This document shows, piece after piece, positions 53,849 to 64,000 of a stretch of DNA of 64,000 nt. The position numbers and the translations under genes were made by a program. The notes beneath the pieces are model-generated. The model was not told the origin of the DNA, did not search any database, and worked only from the letters and a program-made list of their open reading frames with translations. The stretch lies in assembly GCF_009914755.1 (NCBI RefSeq), contig NC_060926.1. One strand, given 5' to 3'. Position 1 is the stretch's first letter, and each line of letters begins with the position of its first letter. Source of the stretch: the human T2T-CHM13v2.0 reference genome, Homo sapiens.

Positions 53849-56800
53849 TAGAAACAAGTGATTGAAACTCTGCCCGAAGAATTTCTGTAAAGAAGACAAT
53901 TCTTACTCCATGGTCAGCCAACAACTCTGGAGCACAGAAAGTGAGCATAAAAGGTAAAGACTAACGGGACCCAGAATAGACAGGGCTAGGGTTGGTTTCT
54001 ACTGTGTCCTCATGCGAAGTGCCCACACTGGGTGGATGAACTAGAAGAAGAATCCCTTTTTTTGGGGGCGGGGGGAGATGCAGTCTGTGCCAGGATATGG
54101 GCTTGGAAAGAAGAGTAGAGTTAATTTCAGCTCCTCCTTGTGATGTCGGCCAGAGATCTTTGTGTTAGGTATAAAAGTGTAAATCCTTACCCTGGGCCCC
54201 TGGAAGTACAGACCAACTGGACCAAAATGATCAGGCCAATGAAGAGACAAGGAATGCACTTGCAGTGACATACAAAGCAGAGAGACACTGGCCAGAGTCA
54301 GCAGTGCAGCTAAGAGTCTGGGGAATAAGGATATACACTGGTTAAACAGCAGCAAGAATGGAATGTGAACAGAGCTGTAGCCTGAACCTTCTGCTGAGGC
54401 TGGCGATCCTATGGGCTTCCGATCTGGGCGTCTCCCTTTAAGTTCTCCTAAGTAATAAGGTGATGGGCTGCAGGGCCATGAAACTGTTTCTGATAGACGA
54501 GGCCAATTTCCTCCTCATAAGTGTGTTTCCTTTACCAGAGTTTAACCTGCAGTTAAAATAGTGTTCCACTCACGTATAAACATCAAGCTCTTATACTCTG
54601 TCTTTTCTGAAGGAATAAAATGATTTATCATCTGAGCAATAAATAAAAGCAATGTCTGGACTCATTCACATGCAGTGTGTCACACCCACCAGTCTGGATG
54701 TGATCCAAGTTCAGAGTGGCTAAAAGTCATTGTCGTCTTGGGGCCTGCGTGAAACACTCTTCTGCTCTTTATTCACAGAGGCACCCACATCATAAAAACC
54801 ACTGTGGCTTTGGCACCAAGCAACATCCTTGTTGGAAATTTCAGTGATAAAGTTAACAATGAGTTAAAGGGTATAAATTATTCTTGGAGGAAGTTTCTTG
54901 TGGGAAGGATCATTGCAGGGTCTCAGTGAAGAGGAGCCCATATTGTCACTGTGCCATTGTGCTTTGGTGATGGCCAGGATCCCTGGCCTTCCTGCCCGCC
55001 ACTCTCTGAGATTTAAGACTCAGACTTCTTTTGGCCACTTTGTTCAGTTTATCCTAAGATAGATAATGCTAGAACCAAGCTATTCAGATGTCCAGCGTTT
55101 TGACCTTAGCTTCGTGGAAAATCAAATAGAGCTTCAGGTTAGCACATACACAAAAGGAGAAATAGCCAGCTGTAATATTTACAGAATACACTCTTTCCAG
55201 GCTGCTAGGTACACTGAACATAACAAGGTAGCATTCGGGACAGGGGGCTATTTATATTTCTTATATGTCAATTAACCACAACAAAGCAGACAACCAAAAC
55301 AAATTTTCTATGTATAGGAGACTGATTGCAATAGAACAATTGGACTCAGTGGAATATAATTAGAAAAGAGTATTATTTCCCTGTCACATCTTCTGAGGTG
55401 TCCATATGTTCTAGTTCCTGGTTGCACCTATTGTCCAAGTATAATTATTATAGTACTCTCTTTCACTCTGAAAAAGTGTCCTACCTTGGATGATGGTCAC
55501 TCTACCTCTAACACTCATCATAGAGAACTCCTTACTGACCCTTCTATGATAGCCCGAGCAGTTCTCATAGCTTTCCTGGTCCTTTTCGGGTTTTAATACC
55601 TACATTTAACATCTATATCATTTCTAGGTTAAAATTCTAGGTAAGATGGAGTGAACAACACCATCCTGTCTCTTCCTCCTAGTGCAGCCATAAAGTCTGG
55701 ATAAAAATGCATCAAAAATCAATTTGAGTATTCTGAAAAGTAAATAGAAGCAGACGGATTGGGGAAGACAATAATTCAAAGTCTCATAATTTGTCTCCAG
55801 TCTCTTCTGACTTAGACTCAGTACAGTCTGAAACCCAGAAGTAGACATCAGTGATAACAGAAAGAGCTTCAGAAGAAGCACTCTAGTTCTGGCTTGAAGA
55901 CTGAGAAAGAGTTTCCTAGCCCTTCCATATTTTCCCTTTCATTTTCTTTCATTGCCCACTCTCTAAGCAATCCTGTGGTAGCACCAGTGACACCACCAAA
56001 AGCAGTGGTATTAGCGGCCCTCGAGAGCCTAAATCTCCAGGAAAGGGAATTGTCCACCTTGATATGAGGACCTGTAGTCCCAGTAGGGTGTGGCAAGCCT
56101 CTGTTGATGTTTTATTCTTTCTTTATCCTCTTACCTTTTCGTGAGGTGGATGTAAGCAGTTGTAGGAAGTGCACTGCAGAGTGAAGTAAATAAAGCCTCA
56201 ATGCTTTGGCCAGAGAACTGCACAGAGGAGGAGAGTACAGGCAGAAAGGAGCTCAGGAAACTGAATCCATAAAATTGTTTATAAACCTTTGGACCCATTC
56301 CCAAGCTGTGCATGTATGAATCTGATCCTAAAGGGAATACCATAAACTTTCAGAACTGAGCTATAGGAGAGATCACTTTCTGAGTTCCAGACTGGCTGCT
56401 GAAAGGTATAAATATGAAGTAGGTCCAAATAGAACTGAAAGGCAGTGAAACAAAACTGAAATTGAAACCACAGGCTTAGTTTGGAGCCTTAATCCCACTG
56501 GGCTAATTGCCTGTTGAAGCAGAAATAACATAATACATAAGATTTCAACAAGATCTAGAATCGTATAACATAATGTTTAAAACATCCAGGCTGTAATTTG
56601 TTAAAAGCAAAATTATGACATTTTCTGGTAGGATTTTCAATATAGGTAGATGTAATGCAACATAAAGGAGGGCAGGTAAGGGGCCCAGATGACGGTAAGG
56701 TGTCTATTTCCCACTTGAAGTGGCACACTATTGATTCTAAGTAGAATGTGAAAGTTGTGTGTAATATTTTATTCCATTGAGTAACCGTTAACACAAACAA

Positions 56801-57825
56801 ACAAAACATCAAATATTGTTAAAACATGATGGACATAGAAATACTATTCAGCCTGTAAAAAGAAGGAATTTCTGCAATAGGTCTCAGTATGGACAGACCT
56901 TGAGGAAGAATGCTATGTGAAATAAGCTGGACACGGAAAGACAAATACTGCATAATTTCATTTATGTGAGGTATCTAAAATAGTCAAATGCATAAAATCA
57001 AAGACTAAAATGGTGGCTGGAGGCTGGGGAAAATAGGAAGTGATTGATAAATAGGCATAAAATATCAGATACGTGAAATGGAAAAGCACATAATGTACAA
57101 CATTATGCCTATAGTCAACAATAATGTATTGTACACATAAAATTGATTAAGAGGATAGGCCCCATGTTGAGCATTCTTTCCACAATAAAAATGTTTTGAT
57201 GGAATAATCAAAATGTTTAAATAATCCAAAAGAAGGGAAGAGAAAAACAGAGGAACAAAAACTAAGATAAATAGAAATCAAATAACAAAATGGTAGACAT
57301 AAATCCAAACATCATAATAATTACATTAAGTGTAAAATGTCTAAACACAATAATTAAAAGACAGAGATTATTAGAATAAACTTTTATAAATTTATTTAAA
57401 ACCATCTTCAGTAAGCCTTTTATCAGATTTGACTTGATCAGAACCAGATTCAGCTAATTTGCTGTCTTTAAAATTAGTGAAATCTTGATCATTGTCCTGC
57501 ATTCTCAGCACATTGTCTTTTGCAAGCTTATCTGAACAAGAAATTTAACCCCCTTACAATAAAAATGCTTTGAGTATAATGGTGTAGGTAGGTTAATAAG
57601 ATATAATTACATGAACATTAATTAAAAGAAAGCTAGAGTGCCTATATATATATTATTTATTTATATATTCTTTAGAAATGAATAATATATTAATAAATAT
57701 ATTATATATTTTATATGATGAACATGTTAATGTAAATTACTATTTATTATATATTATACATAGTATATGAAAAATATATTTATATATTACTTGTTTCTAA
57801 ATAAATAAATATATATTTATGCACA

Positions 57826-58118
57826 TTTTTTGGGGACAGGGTCTCCCTCCGTCACCCAGGCTGGAGCACAGTGGTGTATCATGGCTCACTGCAGCCTCGA
57901 CCTCACAGGCTCAAGCAATCTTTTCATCTCAGCCCCCCAAGTAACTGGGACCACAGATGTGTGCCACCACATCCGGCTAATTTTTTTCACATTTTTTTTG
58001 TAGAGATGGAGTTTCACCATCTTGCCCAGGCTGGTCTTGAACTCCTGAGCTCAAGTGATCTGCCTGCCTTTGCCTCCCTAAGTGCTGGGATTGTAGGTAT
58101 GAGCCACCATGTCAGGCC
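57826..58118 (-). mobile_element. AluJ with expanded AT-rich tail (57647-57825)
   Basis: Antisense Alu; TSD ct(a/g)gagt(g/a)cctata at 57633 and 58119. Confidence 0.88.
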
Positions 58119-58398
58119 CTGGAGTACCTATAATACATCAGCTAAAGGAGACTTTGGAGCAAAGAAAATTACCAGAGAGAAAAACAGATATTACATTATG
58201 ATAAAAGGACAAATTTACCAACAGGACATAACAGTCTTAATTAAATGTGTATGCACCTAACAGCAGTGCTTCAAAATACATGAAGCAAAACTGACAGAAC
58301 TAAAAGAAGAAATAGACAAATCCACGACTGTAGTTGGAGACTTGAATATTATTCTCAAGTATTGATAAAATGGTAAACAGAAATTTATCAAGAATATA

Positions 58399-58697
58399 GG
58401 CTGCGCGTGGTGGCTCATGCCTGTAATCCCAGCACTTTGGGAGGCCGAGTTGGGCGGATCACGAGGTCAGGAGCTTGAGATCAGCCTGCCCAGCACGGTG
58501 AAACCCCGTCTCTACTAAAAATACAAAAAATTAGCCAGGCATGGTGGCGCGTGCTTGTAATCCCAGCTACTCAGGAGGCTGAGGCAGGAGAATCTCCTGA
58601 ACCCAGGAAGCAGAGGTTGCAGTGAGCCAGATCGTGCCATTGCACTCCAGCCTGGGTGACAGAGTGAGACTCCGTCTCAGAAAAAAAAAGAAGAAGA
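58399..58697 (+). mobile_element. AluS (Sg/Sc-like)
   Basis: Sense Alu with ggatcacgaggtc; aagaatatag repeated on both sides. Confidence 0.92.
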
Positions 58698-60475
58698 ATA
58701 TAGAACAACACTACTTAATTGTTGTTTTCTAGATCTACTTGACATTTATAGAATGTTCCACCCAATGATTGCAGAATACACAATCTTTTGATGTACACAC
58801 CGACCATGTGCTAAGATATACCGTATCCTAGATTGTAAAACAAACAATAACAAGAATTTAGAAATTGAAATTGTACAAAGTTATATTCTGTATTTATAAT
58901 GGATTTATAATGAATTCAGACTAGAGATTATTAAGAGAAAGATGGTGGGAAAAATCTCAAAACATTTGGAAATTAAGTGACACATTTCTCAATAATCTAT
59001 GGATAAAAATGGAAGTCTCAAAGCAAATGAAATGATATTTTCAAATGAATGGAAATGAAAATGCAACATATCAAAATTTGCAAGATGAGACTAAAGCCAT
59101 GCTTAAGGGCAAGTATATAATATTAAATACTTATGTTAAAAGAGGAAAATATATAAATTAATAATCTAAACTTCCACCTTAGGAAGCCAAAAAAAAATAA
59201 TAAATTTGAGAGCAGAAACCACTGCCATTGAATAACATAAAACAATAAAGAAAATCAATAGTACAGGAACCTGGTTCTTCGAGAGCATCAATAAAACTGA
59301 AAAACTCCTAGCAAGACTGACCAAAAAAAAAAGAAGAAGAAGGAAGACACAAATTACCAGTATTAGTAGTGAGATAAGAGATATCAATACAGATCCTGCA
59401 CATCTTAAACGAATAAGGAAATGTTATGGATACTGTATAAATACATATTTGACAACCTAAATGAAATGGATAAATGCTCAAAAACCACAAGCTAAAAATA
59501 CTTATCCAATATTAAATAAATAACCTAATTGGTCATAACTGTTAAAAAAATTAATTCCTATTATTAAATTTCCAAAAATAAAATCTTCAGACCCCGATGG
59601 TTTCACTGCCTAATTCTATCAAACATTTAAAGGAAAAAAAAAATGTGAATCCTACACAATTTTTTTCAGAAAACAGAAGAAGGAACATTTCCTAAGTTAT
59701 GCAAATTATTATGAGTCCAGAATTTTTCTAATACCAAAACCAAACAAAAAAAATTATAAGACAACTATAGACCAACATTCTTCATGAACATTGACACAAA
59801 AATACTCAAGAAAATATTAGCAAATTGAACCTAGTAATATATAAATAGAATAATGCATCACAACCAAGTGGAGCTTATCATGGGTATTCAGGGCAGGCTT
59901 CATATTTTAAAATATTTCAGTGTAATTCTTTATATTAACAGTGTAAGGAAGAACAAAGACATGATCATATGAACCAATTCCAAAAATATATTTGACAAAA
60001 TTCACCATCGTCTCGTCATAAAACCTCTCAGCAAACTAGGCATAGAAGGGAATTTTCTCATCATGATAAGGGGCTCTAAAAACAACAACAAACAAACTAT
60101 AGATGAAAAAATCATACTAAATGGTGAAAGACTGTATGTATGTTTTCTCTATAAGATGGGAAGCAAGGCAAGGATACTTACTCGCAGAATACTATACAAC
60201 CTTGTATGAAAGTTTTCACCAGTGCAATAAGACGAGGAAAAGAAATAACATGCATGCAGTTTGGAAAGAAAGAAACAATCTCTCCTTTTTTTCTAAAAAG
60301 TAATTTTCTATGTAGAATATCCAAGAAAGCTATAAAAATATTCCTAGAACTGATAAGTGAGTTTAGCAAGTTCTTAGGATACATGATTAACAACGTAAAA
60401 ATCAAATGTATTTCTATCTCTATTAAGAAACAATTGAAAACCAGATGTTACAGACATTACCATTTATAATAGGTC

Positions 60476-60623
60476 AAAAAAGAAAGAGGAAAGGAAGGAA
60501 AGAAGGAAGGATAGGGAAGGAAAGGAAGAAAGAGAAAGAAATAAGAGAGAAAGAAAGAGAGAAAAAAGAAAGAAAGGAAGGAAAGAGAAAGGAAGAAAGA
60601 GAAAGAAAGAAAGAAAGAAAGAG

Positions 60624-60666
<43 letters not shown>

Positions 60667-60690
60667 GAGGGAGGGAGGGAGGGAGGGAGA
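60476..60690. repeat. Polypurine (GAAA)n/(GGAA)n/(GGGA)n tract
   Basis: Directly visible; almost pure A/G for about 210 bp. Confidence 0.95.
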
Positions 60691-61995
60691 TTCATGTATA
60701 AATGAACAGAATGTGTGGATGTTCCATAAGCTAAAAACTATGAAATACTTATGAGCAAAATTAAAGAACAATTAAATAAAGAGAGAAGCATAGCATGTTT
60801 GGTGATACAAAGATTCAACATATTGTCAAATCAACAATCCCCTTTACATTGATTAAGAGGTTTAACGCAATTCCAACTGATATTCCAGCAGAATTTTTTG
60901 TAGATTATAGGCAAACTAATTCTAAAATATATGTGGGAAAGCGAATAAACTAGAAAAACCAAAGCTATTTGGAAAAGAAAATAAAGTTGGAGGAGTCATG
61001 CTAGACGATTTTATGAATCAATAAAAAGTTACAGCAACCAAAATGGTGTGATATTAACAAAGCAATAGATCAATGGAACTGAGTAGAAAGTCTAGAAATA
61101 CATCCACACAAATATGGCCTATTGATTTTGACAAATTTTCAAAGGCAATTCAATAAAGAATAGAGTTTTAAACAAATGGTTTTGCATCAATTGGACATAC
61201 ATATGCAATAAGATGAAGCTCACAGCTTATACAAAATTAACTTGTAATAGGCCATAGATCTCAATGTAAAGCCTAAATCTATAAAACTGTTAGAAGAAAA
61301 CATGACCTAGGATTAGAAAAAGAGTTCTTAGATGTAACACCAAAAGCATGATCCGTAGAGAAAAAAAAAGTTGGAGTTTAACAAAGTTAAAACCACTTTT
61401 TCCGAGAAAACCACTGCTAAAAGGATGAAAAAAAAAAACAAGCTTTAAATTGACAAAAATTATTTCAAAATCACAAGTCCAATAAAGGACTTGTGCTGAG
61501 AGTTTATAAAGATTTCTCTAAACTCAATAATAACAAGTAGCTACCAATTAAAAAAGGAGCAAAAACTTGAATAGACATTTTGCTAAAGAGGACAGACAGA
61601 TGGCAAACAGGCACATAAAAAGATGTGCAACAGCACCATCCACTGGGAAAATGGAAATTAAAGCCACAAGGAGAAAACACACACACACACACACCATGGG
61701 GCACATAGAGAAAAAGAAAAGAAACCTAACAACACGAAATGGTGATGATGTAGAGAAACTAGAACTCTCATATACTACTGGTGAGAGTGCAAAATAGTGC
61801 AGCCACCCTACAAAACAATTTAACAAGTCCTTATAATGTGACTTCCTTACTAGATGCCCAAAACATCCTACTTGTAGATATTTACCCCAGAGAAATAAAA
61901 ACTTACGTTCACACAAAATCCAATACACAAATGTTTATTGTGGCTCTACTCATAATAACTAATACCTAGAAAAACTCAAGGACTTTCAACCAGTA

Positions 61996-62808
61996 TGTGT
62001 CAGCTAAAGTCCAATCAAAAGACAGAAATCATGTAGTAATTTAAAAAGGGATATTATGATATAAATGATTATTTGGCTGTGATGAGAGACTGATTATAAG
62101 GACATGAATAGAACTCCAAAGAGTATCTCAGGGCTGAGAGATAGTAGAAAGACAAAGTTGCAAGTGGTCCCCTCCCCAAGACTGGGGTTCAGACATCACT
62201 AGAAGCAGTGTGGTGTAGCCCACTGAATGGCAAGGAAGGTCTCTTACGTGCCTGGGTCAGAGCTAGTTCACAGTTGCTGGGAAAGCTGGAAGCAAACCTG
62301 TCAGGTGCAGTCAAGCCATGGCTGGTGGGCAGACATGCAGCATGGCCAGGCCATGACTGCTTTAGGATGCAGGCGAGCTGTAGTTGATATGCGGGTACAC
62401 AGGGCATTCAGAATGCCACTGTGGGCATGCGGCCTGGAGTGCACAGTGTCCACATCAGGAAGATATTGGGAGGTGGTCACCTGGCCTAAGCTAGTACTGC
62501 GAGGTCACTGAGCAACGGCTTCCTCTGGATATAGCTAGTGCAGAGCACCAACAGATGTCTACACACACACACTGCTGCCTGATGGTGCAGCACAAGTGAG
62601 AAAAAAAAACAGAACACAGCAGCTGGAACCAGACGGACCCTCCTGTAATGCTTGTCCAACTCCCTGTACCAAAGAGGTGAATACTATGCTCACTGTATAG
62701 GATGAATGCTTCAAAAATTCAATCCATTACACACAGCAGGTACTGAATGGTGAATTCAGAGCTGTGAGGTAATACATTGATAACTGGTGATAAATTGATA
62801 ACTGGTAT
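61996..62808. mobile_element. Probable ERVL-type LTR (LTR41-like, tentative) inserted in L1
   Basis: GC-richer block starting tgtgtcag...agtccaatcaaaagacagaaa that interrupts L1 3' sequence. Confidence 0.45.
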
Positions 62809-64000
62809 AGGGTGAATTAATTAACAAATAGTTGTACAAGCAAACCATGAAATACTTCTCAGCAATACAAAGGAATTCACCACTGAGACATGCACCAGCT
62901 TGGATAAATCTCAATGCAGTATGCTGGGTAGAAAAAGCTTATCTCTAAAGGTTACATGATTCCATTTCTATGACATTTTCAAAAAGTCAAAACAGTGACA
63001 GAACAGATTATTGGTTTCCAGGAGTTAGGGATGGAGGAGGGCGGGTCTCAAAGAAAGAGCATGTAACCTGATTGTCTTGGTGATTATGTGAATTTACATC
63101 CGTATTTAAATGCACACAACTGTAAATCAAACAAGCTAATTTTATTGTATGTTAATTTAAAAATAAAAATGTAAACCCATTCTCCCTAACCCTACCAAGA
63201 TGTCCACTGCTCCTGGTGCACCTGATGAAGGTGATACCTTCTCTGTCTCCACCTCGTCTTCTGCCCCATGCAGTAAAGCCCCTAATGGTCCATTCTTCCA
63301 ATGTGACTCTAACCTGGTTATTCTGCACAGCATTCACCTGGTTCATGGGGAATTGGATGCCCACTTTCCCCACCATTGCTCCCAGGCTTCCCTCTCTTTC
63401 CTTGCTCTCCAACTGCATTTGTTCCAGCTGATCTGCCATTGTCAATGATATCCTGCCGAGGATCAGGCACCAGTCTGATTTTTGAAACCCAAAGAAAAGA
63501 TTATAAACTCTTTCAAGACTTTTTTTACTTGTCTACATTCCAATTACATAGATTCTGTGGGGATGAGAACTCAGCTCTGTACAGCTTTAGCAGGGGTGAA
63601 ATGTCAGTCTTCCCCGCTGGCAGAAAGCCTCGCATCTATGAGTTGTGACCTTGGAGCTCTCTAATTGGGGGGCTGTAGGGTCTTTTACATAGGTCTCTGG
63701 GGATGCGAGTGCTGGACCAGTTTGGCTACCCTTAGCAAGTCCTGCAGGGGTTTTGTCTAACATCTCTGTTTGAACTGAGAGTGCACTTGCCACTCTAAGT
63801 CCTTAAATTTGTTACCTTTGCCAAAATTCAAGGTCAACTGAAAAACGCCCCATTTAACCTCTGATTGTACCACCCCCAGGTAAGTTTCTGTGCCCTTTAA
63901 AAAGCCAACTATATACAGGAAAGTCTCTGACCAGAACTTGGCACAGTTAAATATCACTTACTGGCTTTTCTTACCTTTGTATTCTGGTTCATTTCACGTC

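Larger units (their letters stand above)
55640..63170 (+). mobile_element. Large fragmented old L1 (L1M) with nested Alus, LTR and simple repeats
   Basis: A-rich sense ORF2 relics at 58140-61990 (e.g. MNRHFAKEDRQMANRHIKRC at 61567); 3' end aaaataaaa near 63165; boundaries approximate. Confidence 0.7.

Noticed and set aside
60445-60771. K/E/R-rich and F/L/S-rich ORFs
   Set aside because: Artefacts of the (GAAA)n repeat.

Overview
Human (primate) genomic DNA from the IL-1 receptor cluster, recognised as chr2q12 from its content. The window holds the complete IL18RAP gene on the + strand. Ten coding exons (ATG 24143 to TGA 53157) have GT-AG boundaries and consistent phases and sum to 1800 nt (599 aa). 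There are also upstream non-coding exons at about 19.4-20.7 kb and an AATAAA at 53519. The MIR4772 hairpin lies in the long intron, inside the 5' end of an antisense L1. Upstream is a 7.7 kb composite ERV1-type insertion (9350-17092, CCAG target-site duplication) carrying an intronless SDR42E1 copy. That copy has no poly(A) and no TSD and seems to replace viral internal sequence, which suggests retroviral transduction rather than ordinary L1 retroposition. The rest is L1, L2, Alu, MaLR and hAT repeats. Other notable signals: several template-switch-like footprints (inverted or templated local copies, including the miRNA and an unexplained 46-bp-arm hairpin), a palindromic GAS/NF-kB element at the promoter, a uORF-dense 5' leader, inverted Alus flanking the in-frame transmembrane exon, and an Alu at the poly(A) site. 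All alignments were done by eye, and repeat subfamily names come from memory and are tentative.
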